Positions 30,647-41,033 are shown, numbered from the stretch's first letter. The stretch: 64,000 nt of DNA from Acidobacteriota bacterium (GCA_963666055.2 CAXWPH010000014.1:128001-192000), one strand, 5' to 3'. A program made the numbers and translations. The notes: generated by a model from the sequence alone, not told the origin.

Positions 30647-31761
30647 GAACGGCGCTCGTTCACGACTGGCTTACCGGGATGAGGGGTGGCGAAAAAGTGC
30701 TCGAGCGCCTCGCGGCGATGTTCCCGGAGGCACCCATCTACACGCTGTTTCATCATCCAGACAGTGTCAGCGCGGCCCTGGAAAACCATCCGATCCATAC
30801 CTCGTTTCTGCAACGGCTTCCGGCTCGACAATCGTATCGCTGGTATCTACCTCTCTACCCGTTGGCGATGCGATTTTTCGACCTGACGGAGTTCGACCTC
30901 GTCGTCTCGAGCAGCCACTGTGCCGCCAAGGCTGCAATCAGCCGCCCGGACGCCCACCACGTCTGCTACTGCCACACCCCCATGCGCTACGCCTGGGATC
31001 AGTTCGATACCTACTTCTCTGCCGAGCGCGTTGGTCGGCTACGCCGTGCGCTTATCCGGCCGACGATGGCCTGCCTGCGTCGGTGGGATCGCAGCACGGC
31101 GGCGCGCGTCGACTCGTTCGTGGCCAACTCGGGATACGTCGCCGGCCGCATTCGTCGCTACTATGGGCGCCAGGCGGAAGTGATTCCTCCACCTGTCGAC
31201 ACGGAACGCTTTACCCCGTCAGGCGCGCCGCCCGACGACTTCTACCTCATGGTCACCGCCTTGAGTCCTTACAAGCGTGTCGATGTGGCCATCGAGGCGT
31301 TCAACCGCATGGGCCGGGAGCTCGTGATCGTGGGCTCCGGCCCGGAGGTTGAGCACCTGCGCCAGCTCGCGGGGCCGACGGTTCGCTTGGCAGGGCGGGT
31401 CAGCGACGCCGAGTTGGTGGACCTCTATCGCCGGTGCCGGGGATTCGTACTTCCCGGTATCGAGGATGCGGGTATCGCACCGATCGAGGCGATGGCGTGC
31501 GGTCGCCCGGCGCTGGTGTTGGCAACCGGCGGTGCCATGGAAACCGTGCTGCCTGGAGTCACCGGTCTACACATTCCGCAGCCAACACCCGAGGCAATCG
31601 TCAACGTTGTTGACAGCTGCGAAGGGCTCACCTTCAATACAGGCGTCATCCGTGCTCACGCAGAGGACTACTCCCTCGACGTATTCGACCGGCGGATCGT
31701 CGGTTTTATCGAGCGCGCCCTCGACAGCACGCGGCTCGCCTCCGCTTCGGACATCTCATGA
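30643..31761 (+). CDS. Glycosyltransferase family 4 (mannosyltransferase-like)
   Basis: ALVHDWLTGMRGGEKVL, CYCHTPMRYAWD, PYKRVD and EDAGIAPIEAMACG. Confidence 0.9.
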   Translation: MRTALVHDWLTGMRGGEKVLERLAAMFPEAPIYTLFHHPDSVSAALENHPIHTSFLQRLPARQSYRWYLPLYPLAMRFFDLTEFDLVVSSSHCAAKAAISRPDAHHVCYCHTPMRYAWDQFDTYFSAERVGRLRRALIRPTMACLRRWDRSTAARVDSFVANSGYVAGRIRRYYGRQAEVIPPPVDTERFTPSGAPPDDFYLMVTALSPYKRVDVAIEAFNRMGRELVIVGSGPEVEHLRQLAGPTVRLAGRVSDAELVDLYRRCRGFVLPGIEDAGIAPIEAMACGRPALVLATGGAMETVLPGVTGLHIPQPTPEAIVNVVDSCEGLTFNTGVIRAHAEDYSLDVFDRRIVGFIERALDSTRLASASDIS

Positions 31762-31789
31762 TTCTGCTGCCTGACGGGGAACGACGCTG

Positions 31790-33256
31790 GTGATCAACCG
31801 ACACCGAGTCACGATCGCGATCGCGTTGCTGGTGGCCGATGTCGTGGCGATCAGTGGCGCCTTCCTGTTTGCGTACTGGCTACGGTTCGAATTTCAGATT
31901 CTGCCGGCCAGCGATCTGCCCGGCGACATCCCGACGTTGGCAAGCTACCTCCGCGTGCTCGTCGCGGCGCTGATCATCCTGCCGCTGGCACTGTCATCGG
32001 CCGCCCTGTACCGAATCCGACGAGCGGATTCGCGCACCGAGACGTACTTTCGCACCGCCGGGGCGGTGATGTTCGGAATGATCTTGGTGGCAGCGTTCGT
32101 GTCGCTGTTCTTTCGACCCACCCAATGGATCCCGGTGGTGGTCGGAACCGACACGGCCCTCATGCGGGTGCAAGAGTGGAACGTGTCTCGCCTGTTCCTG
32201 CTCATCTTCTCGAGCCTGGTCATGGTGCTTACGGTGGGGGCTCGGATGAGCCTGCAGGCCTGGGTGGATCACATACGCCGATCTGGACGCAACATCCGGC
32301 GCATTCTCATCGCCGGCAGCGGTGAGTTGGCCCATAGCGTTATCGACCGCGTGCGGCTACACGAGGAATTCGGCTTCGAGGTGATCGGCATGGTTACAGA
32401 CGATGCCGAGGCCGAGGGCTACCGTGGTGTTCCCATCATCGGACCCCTGAGCGATGTCCCCGGCCTGGTTCGTGACGAGGGTGTGCACCAGCTCTACGTG
32501 GCGCTGCAGATGTCGTCCCACGAGCGGATACTGGACGTGTGGCGAAGCGTCGCCAATGAGATTGTCGAGGTGAAGGTGGTGCCCGACCTGCTGCAGTACC
32601 TGACGCTCGGCGCCTGCCTGGAGGATCTCGACGGGGTGCCGATCGTCAACCTGTCGCGGATCCATATGGAAGGCTTCGCCGCGATGCTGAAACGAGCCTC
32701 CGACATCGTCGTTTCTGCTGCCTGTTTGACGCTCTTCGCCCCACTTTTCCCGCTTATCGCACTGGCTGTCAAGATCACCTCACCCGGCCCGATTCTCTAC
32801 CGGCAGAAGCGCATGGGTCTCGATGGCCGCGCCTTCGAGATCCTCAAGTTTCGTTCGATGAGCGTTGATGCAGAGAAGCACACCGGGCCGGTGTGGGCCA
32901 ACGAGCAGGACACGCGCTGCACGTCGATCGGTGCGTTCCTGCGCAAGCTCAGCCTCGACGAGCTGCCGCAGTTCTGGAACATCCTGCGCGGCGATATGAG
33001 CCTGGTCGGGCCACGCCCGGAACGTCCTTACTTCGTTGATGAGTTTCGCCATCGGATCCCGCACTACATGCTCCGTCACCGGGTCCGCGCCGGTCTGACG
33101 GGCTGGGCACAGGTGCACGGTTGGCGCGGCAGGACGTCGCTCGAGAAGCGCATCGAGTACGATCTCTACTATGTCGAGAACTGGTCGTTGTCGCTCGACC
33201 TGAAGATCCTCTGGATGACGGTGGCCAACGGCATGGCGCACGAGCACGCCTACTGA
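31790..33256 (+). CDS. Undecaprenyl-phosphate sugar phosphotransferase (WcaJ/WbaP-like priming transferase)
   Basis: N-terminal TM helices; [40 protein letters not shown] and [10 protein letters not shown]. Confidence 0.92.
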   Translation: MINRHRVTIAIALLVADVVAISGAFLFAYWLRFEFQILPASDLPGDIPTLASYLRVLVAALIILPLALSSAALYRIRRADSRTETYFRTAGAVMFGMILVAAFVSLFFRPTQWIPVVVGTDTALMRVQEWNVSRLFLLIFSSLVMVLTVGARMSLQAWVDHIRRSGRNIRRILIAGSGELAHSVIDRVRLHEEFGFEVIGMVTDDAEAEGYRGVPIIGPLSDVPGLVRDEGVHQLYVALQMSSHERILDVWRSVANEIVEVKVVPDLLQYLTLGACLEDLDGVPIVNLSRIHMEGFAAMLKRASDIVVSAACLTLFAPLFPLIALAVKITSPGPILYRQKRMGLDGRAFEILKFRSMSVDAEKHTGPVWANEQDTRCTSIGAFLRKLSLDELPQFWNILRGDMSLVGPRPERPYFVDEFRHRIPHYMLRHRVRAGLTGWAQVHGWRGRTSLEKRIEYDLYYVENWSLSLDLKILWMTVANGMAHEHAY

Positions 33257-33257
33257 C

Positions 33258-34211
33258 ATGGCGCTCAAGAAGACGGTCTTGATCACCGGTGGTGCGGGGT
33301 TCATCGGCTCTCACCTCGCCGAGAGTCTCCTCGACGACGATCATCGCGTGATCGTCATGGATAACCTGCTCACTGGCTCGGCGGCGAACGTAGCGCGCTT
33401 TGCGAATCGCGACTTCCTGTTCATCGAACACGATGTCACCAACTACGTGTTTGTGGACGAGCCGCTTGACTACGTGCTCCACTTTGCCTCCCCGGCGTCA
33501 CCTGCCGACTACCTCAAGTATCCGATTCACACGCTCAAGGTCGGCGCGCTGGGCACCCACAAGGCCCTTGGGCTGGCGCGCCACAAGGGGGCGCGCTTCA
33601 TGCTCGCGTCGACGTCCGAGGTATACGGCGACCCGCAGGTCAACCCACAGCCGGAGACCTACTGGGGCCACGTCAACCCGATCGGGCCACGCGGCGTGTA
33701 CGACGAGGCCAAACGGTTCGCGGAGGCCATTACCATGGCATACCATCGCAGCCACGGGCTCGAGACCCGGATCGCCCGTATCTTCAACACCTACGGTCCG
33801 CGCATGCGTATCGACGACGGGCGCGCGGTGCCGAATTTCATGATGCAAGCACTGTCGGGCAACAACCTCACGGTGTACGGCGACGGCGGGCAGACGCGCT
33901 CGTTTTGCTATGTCGATGACACCGTGCGCGGCCTGCTCACGTTGTTGCGTTCCGACGTCAGCACGCCTGTGAACGTCGGTAATCCAAACGAGGTAACCAT
34001 CCTGCAGATTGCCGAGCTGGTGATCGAATTGTGCGACAGCGCCAGCCCGATCGTCTTCGAAGAGCTACCGGTGGATGATCCCAAGGTTCGCTGGCCGGAC
34101 GTGACGCGTATCACCGGCGAACTCGGCTGGGTGCCGCAGATCGAGCTTCGTAGCGGGCTGGAACGCACCGTGCCCTGGTTCCGCGGGCAGCTGCACGCGA
34201 CTACTCGCTGA
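33258..34211 (+). CDS. UDP-glucuronate decarboxylase family (UDP-xylose synthase-like)
   Basis: [48 protein letters not shown] and [10 protein letters not shown]. Confidence 0.9.
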   Translation: MALKKTVLITGGAGFIGSHLAESLLDDDHRVIVMDNLLTGSAANVARFANRDFLFIEHDVTNYVFVDEPLDYVLHFASPASPADYLKYPIHTLKVGALGTHKALGLARHKGARFMLASTSEVYGDPQVNPQPETYWGHVNPIGPRGVYDEAKRFAEAITMAYHRSHGLETRIARIFNTYGPRMRIDDGRAVPNFMMQALSGNNLTVYGDGGQTRSFCYVDDTVRGLLTLLRSDVSTPVNVGNPNEVTILQIAELVIELCDSASPIVFEELPVDDPKVRWPDVTRITGELGWVPQIELRSGLERTVPWFRGQLHATTR

Positions 34212-34279
34212 GTCGGCGGGTCGGCAACCGCACTTGCTCGACCCACGCGCCAGACTCGCCAGAGTTTTTCGGCACCCTG

Positions 34280-35395
34280 TTAATCTGCCAGCGCCGCGAT
34301 CAGGGCTTCGTCAGCAATCTCTACCGCCCAGTTACCGTCACGCTCGGCCATGCGCCCGATGTCTTCGGCGAGCGCGCAGCGCAGCACGCCGCAACGCGAT
34401 TTCTTATCGTGGCGGGCTGCGATGAGCACGTCGGCGGGCTGGGTGCCCGCCGGCAGCGCCACCGGAAGACCGGCGCGCACACATAGGGAGGCGATTCGCT
34501 CGGCAAGGCCGGCGGTGGCTCCTACGACTTTTTCGGCGAGCCGCGCTTCTGCCACCATGCCAATGGCCACGGCCTCGCCGTGCCGCATCGAGTAGCCTTG
34601 CGACGACTCCACGCCGTGGGCAACCGTATGGCCGAAATTCAAGATCTGGCGACGGTTGCCTTCGCGCTCATCGGCGACCACAACCGCCGCCTTCAGGCGT
34701 ACGCAGCGCTCGACGATGAGCGCCAGCGCCTCCGGAACTTTGGCGAGACACGATTCCAGCAGGCCGTCTTCGAGATCGACAAAGAGCTGCTCATCGAGGA
34801 TGACCCCGTACTTGATGACCTCACCTAGCCCGGCCCGCAACTCCTCCTCAGGCAGTGTTTGCAGCAGGTCGATGTCGGCTAGCACCTGCCGAGGCTGCCA
34901 GAAGGCGCCGATGAGATTCTTGCCGGCCTTGGTATCGACGCCGGTTTTACCGCCGACAGAGCTATCGACCATCGCCAGGAGGGTGGTCGGAACCTGCACG
35001 TACGCAACGCCACGGTAGAGCGTCGCCGCAACGTAGCCGGCGATATCGCCGACCACGCCTCCGCCGAACGCTAGCACCGCAGATTGTCGATCTGCGCCGG
35101 CGTCGATCGCGTCATCCTGCAGCTCTGCAACCACCTCTCGGGTCTTGGAGCGCTCACCGTTCGGTACGGTGAGCTCGACGAAGCGGATTCCCGAGGCCGA
35201 GAGTGCGCCGCGTAGCCGGTCTCCGTGCAACCCGGCAACGACCTCGTCGGCGATCACGACGATCTGCGTTTCTCCCCCGAGCACCTCGCGCAGCTGCTCG
35301 CCAATTCCCGCTATCAGCTCGCTGCCTACGACAACGTCGTAGGCGGACGCGGCCGGGCGCTCCAACGCCACCTTTATACGTCGCTCGACGCTCAT
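34280..35395 (-). CDS. aroB: 3-dehydroquinate synthase
   Basis: GGGVVGD, QVPTTLLAMVDSSVGGKTG, KNLIGAF, LNFGHT and HGEAVAIGM. Confidence 0.95.
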   Translation of the reverse strand: MSVERRIKVALERPAASAYDVVVGSELIAGIGEQLREVLGGETQIVVIADEVVAGLHGDRLRGALSASGIRFVELTVPNGERSKTREVVAELQDDAIDAGADRQSAVLAFGGGVVGDIAGYVAATLYRGVAYVQVPTTLLAMVDSSVGGKTGVDTKAGKNLIGAFWQPRQVLADIDLLQTLPEEELRAGLGEVIKYGVILDEQLFVDLEDGLLESCLAKVPEALALIVERCVRLKAAVVVADEREGNRRQILNFGHTVAHGVESSQGYSMRHGEAVAIGMVAEARLAEKVVGATAGLAERIASLCVRAGLPVALPAGTQPADVLIAARHDKKSRCGVLRCALAEDIGRMAERDGNWAVEIADEALIAALAD

Positions 35396-36108
35396 GGCTC
35401 GCCTGCCGCAGAAGCGCCGGAACGCGACAGAGACTCCAGCAAGAGAACTTCGGTGGCGTCGAGCATCGGCGCTGGCGCCGCATTGGTCTCAACGACGATC
35501 GGCAGCTCGGTGCACCCCAGGATCAGCAGCTCCGCGCCAGCTGCGATGAGCTCGTCGATGGCGGGGGCTAGCCGCTCCCGCGCCCCAGCTCCGCCGCCTT
35601 TCACAGCGCGAATCGCCGCCATCACTCCGGCCTGCGCTTGCGACTGCGGCCGCAGCGTGCGCAAGCCACGCGCCTCCAGCGCCCGATCGTACAGTTCGAG
35701 CTCCATCGTCCCGTTGGCTGCCAGCACTCCGACGGCACCGCCGGAAGGTAATGCCGCTGCGGCGCGGGCGGCGGCCAGACCAATCATGTCGAGCACCTCG
35801 ATCTGTACAGCATCCCGGATCGCGGCAAGGTAAGCGTGCGCCGAGTTGCATGGGATGGCGATGAAGTCGGCTCCGCCGCGCTCCAAGGCGCGGCTCGCAG
35901 CTTGAAGCGCCGGGGTCGGATCGGCTCCCTTGCCGGTGAGGTGCGTCGTACGGTCAGGTACGTGGGTGGCGTTGTAGAGCAGGCACGGCGGGTGGTCTTG
36001 ATCCCTCTCGGCGGCAACCCGATCCACCAACCGCTGGAAGAAGTGCGCGGTGGCCGCCGGCCCCATCCCCCCGAGAACACCTATGGTACGGAAGCCTCTA
36101 TCACTCAC
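35392..36108 (-). CDS. Aspartate/glutamate racemase family (cofactor-independent)
   Basis: IGVLGGMGPAAT, IPCNSAH and ILGCTELP (two catalytic Cys). Confidence 0.9.
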   Translation of the reverse strand: MSDRGFRTIGVLGGMGPAATAHFFQRLVDRVAAERDQDHPPCLLYNATHVPDRTTHLTGKGADPTPALQAASRALERGGADFIAIPCNSAHAYLAAIRDAVQIEVLDMIGLAAARAAAALPSGGAVGVLAANGTMELELYDRALEARGLRTLRPQSQAQAGVMAAIRAVKGGGAGARERLAPAIDELIAAGAELLILGCTELPIVVETNAAPAPMLDATEVLLLESLSRSGASAAGEP

Positions 36109-37625
36109 GAGCCAGCTGTGTCGTTCTCGCTGGGTTCCTCGGATTGCGGCTTCCAGCGAAGTACGGGTCGTCGAGCCGCCTGCGTTTCGTCGAGTCGTCG
36201 GTGATAGGTCGTATGCGGTGCGCCCCTGACCAGCTCGGGGTCGTCGCGGGCTTCGCGGGCAATCGCCAGCATGGCCTCGACGAACCCGTCGAGCTCCTGC
36301 AAAGACACCGTCTCGGTGGGCTCGATCATCAATGCACCCGGGACCACGAGCGGAAAGTACACCGTCGGCGGATGGAAGCCGTAGTCCATCAGTCGCTTGC
36401 AGATATCCATTGCCGCGACGCCGTGCTTCTTCTGATGGAGGTCGGAAAAGACCACCTCGTGCATGCAGGGACGATCATGCGGCAGCTCGTATTCGCCCTT
36501 CAGCCTCTCCTTCAGGTAGTTGGCCGCCAGCACGGCGTCCTCGGCGATCTGCCGGAGACCCTCCGCTCCGTGGGCGCGGATGTAGGCGTAGCCACGCACC
36601 ATCATGGAGAAGTTGCCGTAGAAGCCGTGGATCTTCCCCATGCTGTCGGGGCGGTCGTCGTCAAGCCGGTAGCTGCCATCTTCGTTGCGGACTACCACAG
36701 GGCGCGGTCGGAAGGGCTCGAGACGCTCTGACAGAGCCACCGGGCCGCATCCTGGCCCGCCGCCCCCGTGAGGCGTAGTGAACGTCTTGTGCATGTTGAT
36801 ATGGAAGACGTCGGCGCCGAAATCACCCGGCCGTGTCTTGCCGAGAATGGCGTTCAGATTGGCGCCATCACAGTAGATCAGCCCGCCGGCGTCGTGAATG
36901 ATGTTGGCGATCTCGTCTATGCGATCCTCGAACAAACCCAGCGTGTTCGGGTTGGTCAGCATGAGCGCCGCCGTGTTATCGCCCGCTGCCGCCCGCAGCG
37001 CGTCGAGATCGACTGTGCCGCGCTCGTTGCTGGGAATCTCGACCGGTTCGAGTCCGCACAAACTCGCGGTCGCCGGGTTCGTACCGTGCGCCGAGTCCGG
37101 AATGAGCACTTCTTGCCGCCGTTCGCCGCGCTTGTGGTGATAGGCGGTGATCATCATGATCCCGGTCAGCTCACCCTGTGCACCGGCCGCCGGTTGCATC
37201 GAGAGATACGGCAGCCCAGTGATTTGCGAGAGAATTCGTTCCAGGCGCCAGATGAGCTCGAGCACGCCCTGCGAGGCGGCTTCGGGCATGTACGGATGCG
37301 CCTCGGCAAACCCACGTAGCCGTGCCACCCGCTCGTGCAACTTGGGGTTGTACTTCATGGTGCACGACCCCAACGGGTGCAGGCCAAGATCGATGCCGTA
37401 GTTGTGCTGGGAGATCCGCGTGAAGTGGCGCACGACATCCACTTCGGAGACCTCGGGAAACCCGCTTACCTGGTCTCGCACGAGGTCCGATCCCCACGCA
37501 TCCGCCGCTTCGACCTCTGGAACGTCGAGCAACGGCAGCGAGTAGCCGACGCGGCCCTGGCCGCCGCGCTCGAAGATCGGCGGCTCTTGCTTGAGCTGCC
37601 CCTGCCGGCTTGCCGACGCCGTCAT
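36105..37625 (-). CDS. gcvPB: Glycine dehydrogenase (decarboxylating) subunit 2
   Basis: PLGSCTMKYNP, QPAAGAQGE, SAHGTNPA, HINMHKTFTTPHGGGGPG and MIEPTE. Confidence 0.95.
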   Translation of the reverse strand: MTASASRQGQLKQEPPIFERGGQGRVGYSLPLLDVPEVEAADAWGSDLVRDQVSGFPEVSEVDVVRHFTRISQHNYGIDLGLHPLGSCTMKYNPKLHERVARLRGFAEAHPYMPEAASQGVLELIWRLERILSQITGLPYLSMQPAAGAQGELTGIMMITAYHHKRGERRQEVLIPDSAHGTNPATASLCGLEPVEIPSNERGTVDLDALRAAAGDNTAALMLTNPNTLGLFEDRIDEIANIIHDAGGLIYCDGANLNAILGKTRPGDFGADVFHINMHKTFTTPHGGGGPGCGPVALSERLEPFRPRPVVVRNEDGSYRLDDDRPDSMGKIHGFYGNFSMMVRGYAYIRAHGAEGLRQIAEDAVLAANYLKERLKGEYELPHDRPCMHEVVFSDLHQKKHGVAAMDICKRLMDYGFHPPTVYFPLVVPGALMIEPTETVSLQELDGFVEAMLAIAREARDDPELVRGAPHTTYHRRLDETQAARRPVLRWKPQSEEPSENDTAGS

Positions 37626-37633
37626 ATCGCCCC

Positions 37634-39031
37634 TCACGCCACCGCCTCCGCGAGCACGTCCACCATCCGGTCGATCGCCTGCTTGCTGTGCACCTCAGTA
37701 ACGCAGACCAACAGCTGATCTGCTCGCGACGCATCGAACCGGCCGAGCGCAACACCGGGAATCACGTCGTGCGCCAGACATCGATCCACAACCTTCGCGG
37801 CATCGCCACCGACGCGTACAGCGAGCTCGTTGAAATATGGGCCGTCATACACGGCCGGCACGCCCCGCGCTGCAAGCGCCTGGCGCGCGTACGTCGCCTT
37901 CGCCAGATTGGCGCGGGCGAGCTCGACGATTCCGTTGCGGCCCAAGCTGCACATGTGGATACACGACGCGAGGGCACACAGGGCCTCGTTGGTGCAGATA
38001 TTGGACGTTGCTCGGGCGCGGCGGATGTGCTGTTCACGGGTCGACAGGGTGAGGACGTAGCCTTCCTTACCCTCCTCATCAGCAGTGCGCCCGGCCAGAC
38101 GCCCCGGCAGATTGCGCTTGTCTCCGTCCCGGCAGGCCATGAATCCAACCAGCGGCCCGCCGAAGTTCATGCCGTTGCCGAAGCTCTGTAACTCGCCCAC
38201 AACCAGATCGGCGCCTGCCTGGGCGGGGGGTATCGCCAACCCGAAGGCGACGGGCTCGGTGGTGTTGACCACGAACTTCGCACCGGTTGCCGCCACCCGC
38301 TCGCCGATCACCCGCAGGTCTTCGACGATGCCGAAAAAGTTCGGCTGTTGAACCACGAGCGCGATCACATCGTCGTCCACCTGATCTACGACCGTACGTC
38401 CGTGCTCGTCCAGCGGCAGTACGTCGAACTGAATATCCTCGATGTATCTGGCGTAGGTTCGCGCCACCACCGTGTACGCAGGATGCAACCCCTCCGACAC
38501 CAGCACTCGTCCACCGCGACGTGCCAGCCGACGCGTCATGAGCACTGCCTCGGCGACGGCGCTGGCTCCGTCGTAGACCGACGCGTTGCACACGTCCATC
38601 CCGGTCAGCATGCACACCAGGCTCTGGAACTCGAAGATCGCCTGCAGCGTGCCCTGCCCTAGCTCGGGCTGGTAGGGCGTATAAGCGGTGAGGAACTCCT
38701 GGCGCTGGATCAACGCGTCGACGTGGCTAGGCACGAAGTGGGGATTGCAGCCGGCACCGAGAAAACTCGAGACGCGACGATGCGGGGCGTTGCCAGCTGC
38801 CAGCTCCTCGAGATGATCGAGGAGCTCGATCTCCGACATCGCGGGCTCCAGCCCGAGCATCCCTTCAAAGCGCGACGCCGCGGGAATCGCCGCGAACAAC
38901 GCGTCGATATCGGCAACCCCGACGGCCGACAGCATCGCTTCCCGGTCCGCGGGACCGAGCGACAGGTAGCGACCGCCGCCGCCAGCGTCGTTGCGCGCGG
39001 CGGCCACTGCATTCGGCGAAGTGTCCCCCAC
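37634..39031 (-). CDS. gcvPA: Glycine dehydrogenase (decarboxylating) subunit 1
   Basis: SFLGAG, EFLTAYTPYQPE.GQG.LQAIFEFQ, NASVYDGAS and TREQHIRR.RATSNICTN; GTG at 39031 lies directly beyond the element end (the longer ORF start is inside the repeat). Confidence 0.93.
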   Translation of the reverse strand: MGDTSPNAVAAARNDAGGGGRYLSLGPADREAMLSAVGVADIDALFAAIPAASRFEGMLGLEPAMSEIELLDHLEELAAGNAPHRRVSSFLGAGCNPHFVPSHVDALIQRQEFLTAYTPYQPELGQGTLQAIFEFQSLVCMLTGMDVCNASVYDGASAVAEAVLMTRRLARRGGRVLVSEGLHPAYTVVARTYARYIEDIQFDVLPLDEHGRTVVDQVDDDVIALVVQQPNFFGIVEDLRVIGERVAATGAKFVVNTTEPVAFGLAIPPAQAGADLVVGELQSFGNGMNFGGPLVGFMACRDGDKRNLPGRLAGRTADEEGKEGYVLTLSTREQHIRRARATSNICTNEALCALASCIHMCSLGRNGIVELARANLAKATYARQALAARGVPAVYDGPYFNELAVRVGGDAAKVVDRCLAHDVIPGVALGRFDASRADQLLVCVTEVHSKQAIDRMVDVLAEAVA

Positions 39032-39032
39032 G

Positions 39033-39311
39033 CTAGTAGGCCGTGGTGGAAGTGTGGTGGGTCTGGTTACGGCGAGTTGGGGCCAGATGCAAGGCGCCCT
39101 GACGTTGGCGATGCCCCGGCCATCGTCGAGGAAGGCCAACGCTGCAGATGGCCCCAAATCGCCGTAACCCTCCGGGCGACAGGGGGTTGCGCGCGTATGC
39201 TGCGTCGTTCCTCGTCAACGATGGGGTAATCATCGCCTCCTCCTCTCTCCCTGCCTCCGCCTCGCAAGACCCTGTCGCCAGGTCCGCCATACTTCCTCCA
39301 CGGCCTACTAG
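39033..39311. mobile_element. MITE-like element family A, copy 2 (279 bp, inverted relative to copy 1)
   Basis: CTAGTAGGCCGTGGTGGAAGTGTGG ... CCATACTTCCTCCACGGCCTACTAG; interior aligns along its full length with the reverse complement of 20076-20355. Confidence 0.88.
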
Positions 39312-39691
39312 GCCTCGATGTGCTGTCGGTATTCGGCGCTGCTCATCAACGCATCGGGCAACGACGAATCATCGAGCTTGATCCGCACCATCCAGCCGGC
39401 GCCGTGCGGATCGTCGTTGACGACCTCTGGGGTATCGATCAACACATCGTTGGCTTCAACGATCTCTCCGGCAACCGGTGCGTACAGATCAGACACCGCT
39501 TTGACCGACTCGATCGTGCCGAAAACCACGCCCTGGGCGCAAGTCGTACCAGGCTCCGGCAGCTCGACGAAGACGACATCGCCCAGCTCATCCTGGGCAT
39601 GGTGGGTGATCCCCACAGTGGCGATACCACCATCGACGGAGATCCATTCGTGCTCCGAGCTGTACTTGTACGTATCTGGGTAATCGGCCAT
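39308..39691 (-). CDS. gcvH: Glycine cleavage system H protein
   Basis: YSSEHEW, VGITHHAQDELGDVVFVELP, lipoyl motif IESVKAVSDLYAP and NDDPHGAGW. Confidence 0.96.
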   Translation of the reverse strand: MADYPDTYKYSSEHEWISVDGGIATVGITHHAQDELGDVVFVELPEPGTTCAQGVVFGTIESVKAVSDLYAPVAGEIVEANDVLIDTPEVVNDDPHGAGWMVRIKLDDSSLPDALMSSAEYRQHIEA

Positions 39692-39765
39692 GACCTCGTC
39701 CTCTCAGCGAGCCGCCGGACGCGCCGGCAGCTTCGGTCCCGCGCCGCGTTCGCGAACCCGGGTCT

Positions 39766-40863
39766 CTACTGTTGTCTGCGATAAAAGGGTGTCTTCACAA
39801 CCGTGGCCGGTGTCGCTCGGCCGCGTATTTCTACCGCCACCTCAGTACCGGGGGTGGTGTAGTCCGCCTCGATACAGGCGAACCCAATGCCCCTTCTCAG
39901 CGTCGGGCTGAAGGTGCCGGAGGTCACCATACCGATCTGCGCTCCCCCCTCTTCGAGCACTCCGTAGCCGTGGCGCGGGATGCCGCGGCCCGGTATCTCC
40001 AGCCCCACGACGCGCTCCGCTGGCCCCGAGGCTTGCTGCTCAACCAGCGCCTGCCTGCCGATGAACTCACCCTTGTCCGGTTTCTCGACCCAGCCGATTC
40101 CTGCCTCAATCGGGGTGCGCGCGTCGTCCATATCGCTGCCATAGAGCAACATGCCGGCCTCGAGGCGAAGCGTGTCGCGCGCGCCAAGCCCTGCTGGCAC
40201 GATGCCATCCGCAGCCCCGACCTCCATCAGGCGGTCGGCGAGTGCCTCGGCGTGCTGCGGTGCCAGGTAGACCTCGAATCCGTCCTCACCGGTATAGCCC
40301 GTGCGCGAGATGATCGCGGGCGCCCCACCATACTCGGTAACTACGAAGCGATAGTAGCGAATGGATGCCAGGTCCGTGTCGACGACTCGGGCCAGGATAG
40401 CCTCGCTCCGCGGTCCCTGCAGCGCCAGCTGGGCCCAATCCGAACTCTCGTCGTCGGCCACCACATCGCCCTCGAGGTGGGCGCATATCCAATCGTAGTC
40501 CTTGTCCTTGGTGCCGGCATTGACAACGAGAAAGTAGTCGTCATCGGCCACCTGGTGGACAAGCAGATCGTCGACGATTCCGCCCGACTCACGCGTCATG
40601 GCGGTGTACTGAGCCTGGCCGATCTCCAAACTGGCGGCGTCGTTGGTGATCAGCCGCTGCACGTTGGCGAGCGCTTCGCTTCCGCGCAGTCGAATCTCGC
40701 CCATATGGCTGACGTCAAACAGGCCGGCTCGCTCGCGTACGGCGGTATGCTCGTCGACGAGGCCGCTGAATTGTACGGGCATATGCCAGCCGTCGAAATC
40801 GACCATTCGGCCGCCTCGCCGTACGTGCCACGCGTGTAGCGGTGTCGCTCGCGGCTCCGACAA
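39766..40863 (-). CDS. gcvT: Glycine cleavage system aminomethyltransferase T
   Basis: TPLH, FDGWHMPVQF, GLFDVSHMG, SRTGYTGEDGFE, GLGARDTLRLEAG and VTSGTFSP. Confidence 0.95.
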   Translation of the reverse strand: MSEPRATPLHAWHVRRGGRMVDFDGWHMPVQFSGLVDEHTAVRERAGLFDVSHMGEIRLRGSEALANVQRLITNDAASLEIGQAQYTAMTRESGGIVDDLLVHQVADDDYFLVVNAGTKDKDYDWICAHLEGDVVADDESSDWAQLALQGPRSEAILARVVDTDLASIRYYRFVVTEYGGAPAIISRTGYTGEDGFEVYLAPQHAEALADRLMEVGAADGIVPAGLGARDTLRLEAGMLLYGSDMDDARTPIEAGIGWVEKPDKGEFIGRQALVEQQASGPAERVVGLEIPGRGIPRHGYGVLEEGGAQIGMVTSGTFSPTLRRGIGFACIEADYTTPGTEVAVEIRGRATPATVVKTPFYRRQQ

Positions 40864-41033
40864 TAGACGTCCCTTGCAACTCGAAAGGAGGGCTTCGAGC
40901 GCTACCAAGCGTTAGCGCGACTTTCGAAGTTACCATAGCAGGCGGATTACGGTCTTCTGCCTGCCACCAACGTCGGCGACCGGACCGCAGCGGCTCCAGG
41001 GACTCCAGGACACGCCGACGGGACAAGAACCGC

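Noticed and set aside
39032-39157. N-terminal extension of GcvPA (and of the SDR at 20430-20630)
   Set aside because: These extensions are read-through of element sequence. Family similarity begins only outside the element.
40864-41033. Glycine riboswitch upstream of gcvT
   Set aside because: I could not find the GGAGA / CCGAAG / CTCTCAGG hallmarks. An Infernal search would be needed to exclude it fully.
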